Assembly: GCF_046348305.1 (NCBI RefSeq)
Contig: NZ_JAXMEM010000012.1
Span: 35,618-99,617, forward strand
Direction of reading: 5' to 3'
DNA from: Ottowia sp.
GTDB taxonomy: Bacteria > Pseudomonadota > Gammaproteobacteria > Burkholderiales > Burkholderiaceae_C
DNA length: 64,000 nt
Shown here: piece after piece, positions 28,514 through 36,413 of the stretch
Layout of the letters: every line of letters begins with the position of its first letter
Numbering within the stretch: the first letter of the stretch is position 1
Translations under genes and position numbers: made by a program
Notes under the pieces: generated by a model
Seen by the model: the letters and a program-made list of their open reading frames with translations, nothing else
Databases searched by the model: none
Told to the model about the DNA's origin: nothing

Positions 28514-30214
28514 TCAACTGAGGCCCCACAGGGTGGACAGGTACTTCCAGTTGATGAAGTAGTACAGCACGAAGGCCACCAGGAACACCATGGCCAGCAC
28601 GAAGGTGCCGGGGGCCGCAAAACCGGCCGAACCGGCGGTTTGCGCCACCACGGTGGGGGCGGTGCGCGGGATCGGCGTGAAGGTGGCGCGCTCGGCGCCG
28701 CGTTCGAGCTTCTTGCCCCACAACAGCGAACCGACGGTGACGTAAATGTAGATCGCGCCACCGGCAATTGCCGCCACGCCGCCGATGCCCACCAGGCCCA
28801 TCATCAGGTAGGCGGCGCCCGGCCATTCGTAGGCCAGCGGGTTGCCGCTGAAGGCCATGTCCCAGTGGCGACGCGACACGCCCAGGGTGCCGGCGCCCAT
28901 CATCACCAGGCAGAAGAAGTACATCGAGAAGCCGAAGATGTACGGTTGCCACTTGGCCAGCTTGGGCGCGATCATCTCGCGCTTGAACAGCACCGGGATC
29001 AGGTAATACGTCAGCGCCATGAAAGTCAGCGTGGTGCCCACGACGACGGTGGCGTGAAAGTGGCCCGGCACATAGATCGTGTTGTGGATAATCATGTTGA
29101 GCTGCTCGGTGCCCATCATCACGCCCGAGATGCCGCCCAGGAAGCCAAAGCCGATGATCGAGATGAACACGCCCGAGAACGTGGGGTTGCCCCAGGGCGC
29201 CTTGCGCAGCCACTCGAACAGGCCCTTGGTGAAGCCCTTTTGCCGCTGCGCCACTTCCATCGCGCCGGGCACCGTCAGGCCGTGCAGCATCGAGGCCAGC
29301 ACCGCGAAGTACATGAAGTAACTGGTGTTGACGATCTTCCAGGGCGTGGACAGGCCCGGGTCGGCCAGCAGGTGGTGTGCGCTGGCCAGCTGGAGGAACA
29401 AGATGTAGAGCAAAAACGCCGTGCGGCTGACGCGCTCGCTCATCGGCTTGGCGCCGAAGACGACCGCTGCCACCAGATACCACACCGAGATGTGCGCGGC
29501 CACGTTGATCTGCTGCGAGGAGTGTCCCAGCGCCCACCAGATGGTGCGGTAGGCCAGCGGATCGACCTGCTTGATCAGGCCGATGGACATCAGCCAGGTC
29601 GGGATCAGGATGATGGCGCCCGACAGCAGGGTGAACACCGCAATGATGGCCGCCGTGATGGCGCCCATGGTGACCAGCGGCACCGAGCCCTGATAGGTGC
29701 GGTCGCGCTTGGCGACGACCAGGGTGCCGAAGAACACGCCGCATCCGATCAGCGCGCCGACGGCGAACAGGATGATGGTCAGATAGAACCAGGACGAGGC
29801 CATCATGGGCACGTAGCTGGTCATCATGACGCTGGAGCTGCCCTGGAACACGACGATGTTGTTGCCCACCGAGCCGATCACCATCAGCGCAAAGGCCAGC
29901 CAGGCGAGCTTGGGTGTGGCAATGCGGCAGCGCAGCAAGGTGGAGGCGCAGAAGTACAGGATGGCGATCTCAAAGAAGATCAGCCAGAAGATCAGCATGT
30001 CCAGGCCATGGGCCGTGAGCACCATGTAGAAGGTGTCGGCCTCCAGCCAGTGCACCGCCGGCCAGCGCGTGAGCACCACGCCGATGGCCAGCAGGCCGCC
30101 GAAGGCCAAGAACAGCACGCCGGCGACGGCGTTCCACATGATGAGTTTTTCGGCCTGCGCTTCAAATTGCAGGCCCGATCGCGGGCAGGTGCGATAGGTG
30201 GTGGCTTGTCCCAT
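28514..30214 (-). CDS. Heme-copper oxidase superfamily subunit I, B-family-derived, eNOR-like (Gln at cross-link Tyr position)
   Basis: TAHG, WWALGHSSQQ, SAHHL, PGHFHAT: all six His present; H+4 residue is Q, not Y. Confidence 0.85.
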   Translation of the reverse strand: MGQATTYRTCPRSGLQFEAQAEKLIMWNAVAGVLFLAFGGLLAIGVVLTRWPAVHWLEADTFYMVLTAHGLDMLIFWLIFFEIAILYFCASTLLRCRIATPKLAWLAFALMVIGSVGNNIVVFQGSSSVMMTSYVPMMASSWFYLTIILFAVGALIGCGVFFGTLVVAKRDRTYQGSVPLVTMGAITAAIIAVFTLLSGAIILIPTWLMSIGLIKQVDPLAYRTIWWALGHSSQQINVAAHISVWYLVAAVVFGAKPMSERVSRTAFLLYILFLQLASAHHLLADPGLSTPWKIVNTSYFMYFAVLASMLHGLTVPGAMEVAQRQKGFTKGLFEWLRKAPWGNPTFSGVFISIIGFGFLGGISGVMMGTEQLNMIIHNTIYVPGHFHATVVVGTTLTFMALTYYLIPVLFKREMIAPKLAKWQPYIFGFSMYFFCLVMMGAGTLGVSRRHWDMAFSGNPLAYEWPGAAYLMMGLVGIGGVAAIAGGAIYIYVTVGSLLWGKKLERGAERATFTPIPRTAPTVVAQTAGSAGFAAPGTFVLAMVFLVAFVLYYFINWKYLSTLWGLS

Positions 30215-30224
30215 GGTGCGTCCC

Positions 30225-30767
30225 TCAGTCCTTGATGTACATGCGGCCCACCATGGTGTGGTGGCCAATTCCACAGAACTCGTTGCACACGATCGAGATC
30301 TGGCCCGACTGGTTGGGCGTGATGGTCAGCACGTGCTCGAAGCCCGGCACCAGCTGGATGTTGATGTTCTGCGGCTGCAGCGAGAAGCCGTGGTTGTAGT
30401 CCATGGCCGTCAGATGCAGGCGGTATTTCTCGCCCTTCTTCAGCTCCAGGATGGGCCAGAAGTTCCACAGCCGGCCCAGCATGTAGACGTCGCTGCCCGG
30501 CGGCGGGGCCACCACGGGCGTGTTTTGCTCGCCTTCGGTGCGCACCGTGTACTTGTCGACCACGGCCTGCGCCTTGGCCGTGAACTTCTCGGGCGTGGTG
30601 CGGTAGGTCTCGGTCGACAGGTTCTGGTTGCCCCAGACGTGCCAGCCGACCATCATGACGAACATGATCAGGCACCAGGTCAGCGACAGCACGATCCACG
30701 TGCCTTCGACCCGGTCGATGGGATGCTTGTACCAAAGCCGCTCGGGCGGCGGAAGAATGGCGCTCAT
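30225..30767 (-). CDS. Heme-copper oxidase subunit II with CuA site
   Basis: Single TM; DYNHGF and CNEFCGIGHHTM CuA motif; no CxxCH. Confidence 0.92.
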   Translation of the reverse strand: MSAILPPPERLWYKHPIDRVEGTWIVLSLTWCLIMFVMMVGWHVWGNQNLSTETYRTTPEKFTAKAQAVVDKYTVRTEGEQNTPVVAPPPGSDVYMLGRLWNFWPILELKKGEKYRLHLTAMDYNHGFSLQPQNINIQLVPGFEHVLTITPNQSGQISIVCNEFCGIGHHTMVGRMYIKD

Positions 30768-30807
30768 GGTGTGGAACCTCGGGGTGGAAAGGCGATCGGA
30801 CCGGGGC

Positions 30808-30972
30808 TTACTTGCCCAGGGGCAGCATCATGATTTCGACCACGCCCCACAGGTTGTAGACCAGCATGGGAATCAGCACGCCCAGGAACAGCAGGATGAA
30901 GGGGCTGTCCAGCAACTGCTGCATCCAGGGAATGGGTTCGTTGGGGTCGTTCAGGTCGTCTTTCTGGCTCAT
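30808..30972 (-). CDS. Small single-TM oxidase subunit (IIa-like, 54 aa)
   Basis: MSQKDDLNDPNEPIPWMQQLLDSPFILLFLGVLIPMLVYNLWG; first gene of operon; GGAGGG RBS. Confidence 0.7.
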   Translation of the reverse strand: MSQKDDLNDPNEPIPWMQQLLDSPFILLFLGVLIPMLVYNLWGVVEIMMLPLGK

Positions 30973-31052
30973 GGATCCCTCCGGTGGAAAACCCGCGCCC
31001 AAGCGGACGCGGGGAGGCTCGCCCATTCTCGAGTAACCCACTCGGGATTGAT

Positions 31053-31066
31053 TTGACTTAGTTCAA
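31053..31066. promoter_or_regulatory. FNR/DNR/NnrR-type binding site
   Basis: TTGACTTAGTTCAA matches TTGA-N6-TCAA; lies between the oxidase operon and divergent ctaA-like gene. Confidence 0.7.
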
Positions 31067-31121
31067 TGTTTGGCGCCGCGGCCCGGCGGGCCGGCCGGAC
31101 GTCGCGCTACGATCGCGCGCC

Positions 31122-32066
31122 ATGACGCCCACCGCCCCCAGCGCCAGCAGCCCCCCGTCCGACCCCGACGCGCGCGATCCGGCACGCCGACTGCGCCGCA
31201 TGGCCCGGCTGTGCGCCGCGCTGGTGCTGGCGATCATCACGCTCAGCGCGTGGCTGCGCCTGGCCCGATCCGGCATTGGCTGCGCGGACTGGCCGGCCTG
31301 CTACGGAGCGGTGTGGCAAGCGGCCGCCCCCGCGCTGCCGGCCGGCGCCGAGACGTCCGCCACGGTTCTCGCCGTGCGGCTGGCGCACCGCGTGCTGGCG
31401 GTGGCCGCGCTGGTCTTGATCGTCGTCATGCTGGCCAGCGCGTGGCCGCCGCGCCGGCACGGGTGGCGACCGGCGCTGGAAGCCGGCGCGCTGCTGGCCG
31501 TCACCCTGGGCCTGGCCGTGCTGGGGGCCCTGGGCGCGCAGTCGCTGCTGCCGGCGGTGGCGCTGGGCAACCTGCTGGGCGGCTTTGCCATGCTGGCCCT
31601 CAGCCTGCGCCTGGCCAGTGGCCGGCCCATCGACGCCGGAACCGGCGCTCGCGTCTGGCTATGGGCCGCGTTCGGGCTGGTGCTGCTGGAAACCGCACTG
31701 GGCGGCCTGGCCAGCGCCAGCGGTTCCCTGCTGGCCTGCGACGGCCTGAGCGATTGCTGGGCAGAGGCACAGGACGGGCCCGCATGGAGCGCGCTGAACC
31801 CCTGGCACGCCCCAGCGCTTGGCGGCGGCGCCGGCGTGCAATGGGCGCACCGGCTGGGCAGCTGGCTCGTGCTCTTGCTGGCTGCGCCGCTGGCCTGGCG
31901 CCTGCGCCCGCACGATCGGCGCGGCGCCGCGGCTGTGCTGGCCTGCCTGCTGCTGCAAGCCGCACTGGGGCCGCTGATGGCGAGCGCCGGCTATCCGATG
32001 GCGCTGGTGCTGGCGCACAACGTGCTGGCGGCCTTCACGCTGGCCTTGCTGGCACGCTGGCTCTGA
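31122..32066 (+). CDS. COX15/CtaA-family heme A synthase-like protein
   Basis: GCADWPAC, LAHRV, ACDGLSDC, WAHRLG, LAHNV; 8 TM pattern. Confidence 0.8.
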   Translation: MTPTAPSASSPPSDPDARDPARRLRRMARLCAALVLAIITLSAWLRLARSGIGCADWPACYGAVWQAAAPALPAGAETSATVLAVRLAHRVLAVAALVLIVVMLASAWPPRRHGWRPALEAGALLAVTLGLAVLGALGAQSLLPAVALGNLLGGFAMLALSLRLASGRPIDAGTGARVWLWAAFGLVLLETALGGLASASGSLLACDGLSDCWAEAQDGPAWSALNPWHAPALGGGAGVQWAHRLGSWLVLLLAAPLAWRLRPHDRRGAAAVLACLLLQAALGPLMASAGYPMALVLAHNVLAAFTLALLARWL

Positions 32067-32080
32067 GATTGACCCGCCGG

Positions 32081-32521
32081 CTACTTCTTGCCCTTCATCA
32101 GCGCCTGCAAGCTGGCCATGTTCTCCTGCATGCGCTGCTGCACCACCTTCCAGGCGTCGGTGCGGGTCTTGGTCTCCAGCGCGGCCAGTTCCTGGAAGTC
32201 CTTCATGGCCTTCTTCATGCCGCGTTGCAACACCTCGCCCTGCTTGGCCATCGCGTCCTTGTCCAGCGCGCCTTTCATCGACTCCTGCAGGGCGGCCAGG
32301 TTCTCGCGCAGGATGGCGCTGCGCCGCTCGGCCAGCGCCTTCATGCCCTCATAGGCCTGGCGATTGGCCTCGGCCAGGGCCTCGAAGTCCTTGCGCTGCC
32401 ATTCGACCAGCGCGCTCGCGTCCACGCCGGGCAGCTTGAACTGCTTGAGCGTCTTGGTGAGTTCGCCCAAATCGGGCATGCCGGGCGCGGCGGCAGATGA
32501 CTTCTTGGTGCTTGTGGCCAT
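32081..32521 (-). CDS. Phasin-family protein
   Basis: FKLPGVDASALVEWQRKDFEALAEANRQAYEG; helical, Lys/Ala-rich. Confidence 0.8.
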   Translation of the reverse strand: MATSTKKSSAAAPGMPDLGELTKTLKQFKLPGVDASALVEWQRKDFEALAEANRQAYEGMKALAERRSAILRENLAALQESMKGALDKDAMAKQGEVLQRGMKKAMKDFQELAALETKTRTDAWKVVQQRMQENMASLQALMKGKK

Positions 32522-32567
32522 GACGATCCTCCAGGGGCGGGTTGAAAAACGGTGGGAATGACAGACG

Positions 32568-34151
32568 CTACGAGGCCGCCGCACGCGAACGCACGCGCTT
32601 TGCGGCAGCCGGTTTGTCGCCGGCTGATTTGCGGGCGGGCGCGCGGCGCGGCGCGGACTTCTTGCGCGCCGGGGGCGGGGCGGCGGCGGCCACCGGCGCC
32701 ATCGTGTCGGCCGGTGTGCCAGCGCCCTCCGCGCCATCCACGGCCGGCAGGCGCTTGATTTCGGCCAGCGCGTCTTGCAGGTAGCCCAGCAGTTCGGTGG
32801 ACTCGTCCTGCGACAACGCGCGGCGGCAGGCGGTGATGCCGAACTCGAGCGTCCCGGCATAGCTCTGGACGGTGATGTTGACGGCCATGCCGTGGTAGGG
32901 AATGGAGACGGGATAAAACGCCACCATCCTGGCGCCTGCCACGTACAGCTGGATGGCGGGCCCGGGCACGTTGGAGACGGTGACGTTGGCCAGCGGCGGC
33001 AGCCGGCGCGCCAGGTTGGAGCGCCCGTACAGCGAGGCCAGGCTGGTCATGACCCAGGGCGAGCCGGTGAAGGGCAAGTCCACGCCCAGCACGGGCTTGA
33101 GTTCGCGCACCACGGCCTTGGCCGCCTCGGACGAAGCGTGGATGGCCGCAAAGCGCGCGGCGGGGTCTGCCAGGTCGGTGGCCAGATCGACCCGCACCAT
33201 CGACACCTGGTTGTTCATGTCGTCGTTGCCCTCCACGCGCAGGCTGACCGGCACCGCGGCGATCAGGGGCTGGGCGGGCAGCAGGTTGCGCTCGGCCAGA
33301 AAGCGCCGCAACCCGCCGGCGCACATCGCCATGACGATGGTGTTGACCGTGCCGCCGACGCGCTTGCCCAGCGCCTTGAGCTCATCCATGGGCACCGACA
33401 GGGTGGTGAACGAGCGCTGGTTGGTGATGGCGTCGTTGAAGATGGTCTTGGGCGCCAGGCCCAGGTTGAGCGCGCGCTCGCCCGGTGTGCTCTGCTGGCC
33501 GGCCAGCACCCGCGCGGCGGTGGTGAGCGCGCGCGCCGCGGTGGGCAGCAGCTCGGCCAGCTTGCGGTATTGCTGGGCGGTGTTGGTGACGGCCGCCTGC
33601 AAGAGCTCGGTCACGCCCAACTGATAGGCCGTGGCGCGGCGCGCGCGGTGCGGCGGGCGCACGCGGCGGATTTCGGCGGAGGTGTCATACAGCACCTTGG
33701 CCAGCTCGGTGCCGGCCTTGCCGTCCACCCCGCTGTGGTGGGCCTTGGTGTAGAAGGCCACCTGGCCGTTTTGCAGGCCCTCGATGACGTACATCTCCCA
33801 CAGCGGGCGGCTGCGGTCGAGCAGGCTGGAATGCAGTCGCCCCACCAGTTGCTGCAGCTGCGCCATGGAGCCCGGCCGGCGCAAGACGAGGCTGCGCACG
33901 TGGTAGTCCAGGTCGATGTCGTCATCATGGATCCACACCGGCTCGGCCAGCTCGAACGGCATGGTGGCCAGCTTGCGCGTGAGCACCGTGGCCAGGTGCA
34001 GGCGCTCGCCGATCATGGCCTTGACGTCTTCGTAGAAGTCGCCCTGGTAGTCCCTGGGCAGCTCCAGCAGCATGAGGCTGCCCACGTGCATGGGCGTCTC
34101 GGGCGTTTCAAGATGCAGAAAGGATGCGTCGAGGCTGCTGAGGTGGTGCAT
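32568..34151 (-). CDS. Wax ester synthase/diacylglycerol acyltransferase (WS/DGAT)
   Basis: LSSLDASFLHLETPETPMHVG, HHSGVDG catalytic motif, LDRSRPLWE, NVTVSNVPGP. Confidence 0.93.
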   Translation of the reverse strand: MHHLSSLDASFLHLETPETPMHVGSLMLLELPRDYQGDFYEDVKAMIGERLHLATVLTRKLATMPFELAEPVWIHDDDIDLDYHVRSLVLRRPGSMAQLQQLVGRLHSSLLDRSRPLWEMYVIEGLQNGQVAFYTKAHHSGVDGKAGTELAKVLYDTSAEIRRVRPPHRARRATAYQLGVTELLQAAVTNTAQQYRKLAELLPTAARALTTAARVLAGQQSTPGERALNLGLAPKTIFNDAITNQRSFTTLSVPMDELKALGKRVGGTVNTIVMAMCAGGLRRFLAERNLLPAQPLIAAVPVSLRVEGNDDMNNQVSMVRVDLATDLADPAARFAAIHASSEAAKAVVRELKPVLGVDLPFTGSPWVMTSLASLYGRSNLARRLPPLANVTVSNVPGPAIQLYVAGARMVAFYPVSIPYHGMAVNITVQSYAGTLEFGITACRRALSQDESTELLGYLQDALAEIKRLPAVDGAEGAGTPADTMAPVAAAAPPPARKKSAPRRAPARKSAGDKPAAAKRVRSRAAAS

Positions 34152-34175
34152 GGCTTGGTGTCCAGGGACTGGGGA

Positions 34176-34763
34176 TCAGGCGCCGGCCACGCCGTAGGCG
34201 GCGTGGCGCCCGGCCACCGCCGCGACGTCGTGGCTGAGCAGCACCAGGTCGTGCAGGTCGCCGTCGCGATCGGCCACGTGCTGGCGCAGCAGGGCTTCGG
34301 GGTGAAACCCGAGGTCCTCGAACACGGCGATGGCGCCGGTCTGGTTGGTGGTCATTTGTGCCACCAGTTTTTTCAACCCCAGTTCGAGCGCCTGGATGAA
34401 GCACTCCTGGATCAGGCAGCGGCCCAGCCCGCGGCCGCGCTCGGACGAAGCCACCAGCACGCGCAGCTCGCCCACGTGGCGCGACCAGCTCAGCGGATCG
34501 GTGTAGATGGAGCTGCAACCCACCAGTTGGCCGCCCCGACGCGCCGCCAGGCCGGCCATGCGCCCGTCTTGCAGCGCGGCCATCCAGGCGTCGATCACCT
34601 TGGGATGGTTGATGTCGCGCGGCACGAACAGCAGGTCGGTGGTGGGCAGCCGGGCGACGAACTCGACCAGTGCCGCGCGGTCGCTGGCCTGCAGGCGGTT
34701 GAGTTCGACGGCGTCGCCGCCGCACTCGAGCGTGCGCGGGTAGCTGCGTGAAGCTTCGGTCAT
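34176..34763 (-). CDS. GNAT N-acetyltransferase
   Basis: ERGRGLGR acetyl-CoA motif; start overlaps phaC stop (ATGA). Confidence 0.85.
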   Translation of the reverse strand: MTEASRSYPRTLECGGDAVELNRLQASDRAALVEFVARLPTTDLLFVPRDINHPKVIDAWMAALQDGRMAGLAARRGGQLVGCSSIYTDPLSWSRHVGELRVLVASSERGRGLGRCLIQECFIQALELGLKKLVAQMTTNQTGAIAVFEDLGFHPEALLRQHVADRDGDLHDLVLLSHDVAAVAGRHAAYGVAGA

Positions 34764-35848
34764 ACGGAACGTCCCTCCAGCCAGGCGTCCAGCCTGGGCC
34801 ACATGCGTTTGACAGCGTTGGCGCCGGCGGCAATGCTGACATGGCCGCCGGGCAACGTGACTTCTTCCTTGTCGGTGGAGCCGATCATGCCCAGCAAGGG
34901 TTGCGAGCAGGCGGCGGGCACGATGTGGTCGTACTGCGCGGCGATGTGCAGCAGCGGAATGGTGATCTGCTTGAGATCCACCGGGCGCCCGCGGATCGTC
35001 AGCGTGCCCTTGTACAGCGCGTTCTCGCGCAGCAACTCCTTGGTCATCTCGCGAAAATAGCCGCCCGGCACCGGCAGGGTCTCGTTGCCCCAGCGCTCCA
35101 TCATGCGAAAGCCCACCACGTACTGATCGTTCCACATGTTGTCCCACAGCTTGATCTGCCCGGCCACGCGGCTGGCGGGGCGCAGCGCGTCGAAGCCGTT
35201 CCTGATGAAATCGGCGGGGATCACGCCGTTGCGATTGACGAAGGCATCCAGATCGAACGCCTTCTCGTCGGACATGGCGCGAAACAGCTCCATCTGCGAG
35301 AAGTCGATGGGCGTGGTGAAGCAGGCAATGTTGCGCACCGGCCCGCCCGGGTGCAGCGCCAGGTAGATCAGCGAGAGCATGCCGCCGGCGCAATACGACA
35401 CCAGGTTGACGTCCTCCTCGCCCGAGTCCTGCTGCACGCGCCGGATGCAGTCGGGGATGAAGTCCAGCACGTAGTCGGCCAGGCCCAGGTCGCGCTCGGC
35501 GGCGGTGGGCGCGTTCCAGTCGATCATGTAGACGTCGTAGCCGCGCTTGAGCAAAAACTCGACCAGGCTTTGGCCGGGCGCCAGGTCGAGCACGTAACCC
35601 TTGTTGGTGGGCGCCATGACGATCAGCAGCGGAATGCGGTAGACCTCGTCGGCCAACGCGTGGTAGTGCACCAGCTCGACCGTGCCGCGCCGGTGCAGCA
35701 CGGTCTTGGGCGTGCGGCCCACCGTGGGCGGCTCCGCGCCCATCAGCTCGATGCCCTTCAGGCCGCGCTGCACGGCGCGCTCCACTTCCAGGCGCAGGCG
35801 CTCGGTCAGGGCCAGGTCGGCGTCGCTGGTGCGGGCTTGGGTGGCCAT
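34760..35848 (-). CDS. phaC: Class III-type PHA synthase catalytic subunit
   Basis: TPKTVL, VLDLAPGQSLVEFL, SYCAGG catalytic Cys, YDHIVP, PGGHVS. Confidence 0.85.
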   Translation of the reverse strand: MATQARTSDADLALTERLRLEVERAVQRGLKGIELMGAEPPTVGRTPKTVLHRRGTVELVHYHALADEVYRIPLLIVMAPTNKGYVLDLAPGQSLVEFLLKRGYDVYMIDWNAPTAAERDLGLADYVLDFIPDCIRRVQQDSGEEDVNLVSYCAGGMLSLIYLALHPGGPVRNIACFTTPIDFSQMELFRAMSDEKAFDLDAFVNRNGVIPADFIRNGFDALRPASRVAGQIKLWDNMWNDQYVVGFRMMERWGNETLPVPGGYFREMTKELLRENALYKGTLTIRGRPVDLKQITIPLLHIAAQYDHIVPAACSQPLLGMIGSTDKEEVTLPGGHVSIAAGANAVKRMWPRLDAWLEGRSV

Positions 35849-35852
35849 GATG

Positions 35853-36341
35853 TCAAGCCTTGGCGGGGCGACGGGACCGGGAGGCGGTCTTGGCGGTCTT
35901 GGCGGGCTTGGCCTTGGTCTTGGCCGATGCGTCCTGGTTGGCCTTGGGCGCGGGCGCCACGGCTTCGGGCGCAGCCTGGGCCGGGGCAGCGGGCGCGCTG
36001 GGCGCGACGACGGGTGTGGCCGCAGGCTTGCGTGTGCGCGCCGGGCGGGGCACCTCATCGGGGGGCAGCAGGCGATCGAGTTTCTGCTCGATGCGCTCCA
36101 GCGTTTGCACCAACTCGGCCAGTTGCTTGCGGCTGGGCAGGTTGGCGCGGCGCAGGTAGCCATCGACCATCTTGTCGAAGCCCTGTTGCATGCCGGCGGA
36201 CACCGCCGTGGCCTGTTGCAGCGAGCGCACCAGCTCGGGCGACTTCAGGCTGCCGGTGGCCATGGTATTGGCCTCACCCTCCAGGCGGTTGATGGCGTCG
36301 CGCCACATCTGCAACGGGTCGAGAAACAGCGAGGGGATCAT
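35853..36341 (-). CDS. PhaE-like PHA synthase subunit with Ala/Lys/Pro-rich tail
   Basis: YLRRANLPSRKQLAELVQTLERIEQKLDRL; directly upstream of phaC. Confidence 0.72.
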   Translation of the reverse strand: MIPSLFLDPLQMWRDAINRLEGEANTMATGSLKSPELVRSLQQATAVSAGMQQGFDKMVDGYLRRANLPSRKQLAELVQTLERIEQKLDRLLPPDEVPRPARTRKPAATPVVAPSAPAAPAQAAPEAVAPAPKANQDASAKTKAKPAKTAKTASRSRRPAKA

Positions 36342-36413
36342 GGGGGCTCCGGGCCGAGGGGGGAGAGAGAAATGGCTGAATCTGCCTGCAATGTAGCAGC
36401 GCCATGCCCCGCG

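Noticed and set aside
23826-30214. Calling the oxidases cbb3-type or cNOR/qNOR
   Set aside because: No CxxCH-bearing CcoO/CcoP/NorC genes, a CuA subunit II is present, and the HLWVEG motif of cNOR/qNOR is absent.
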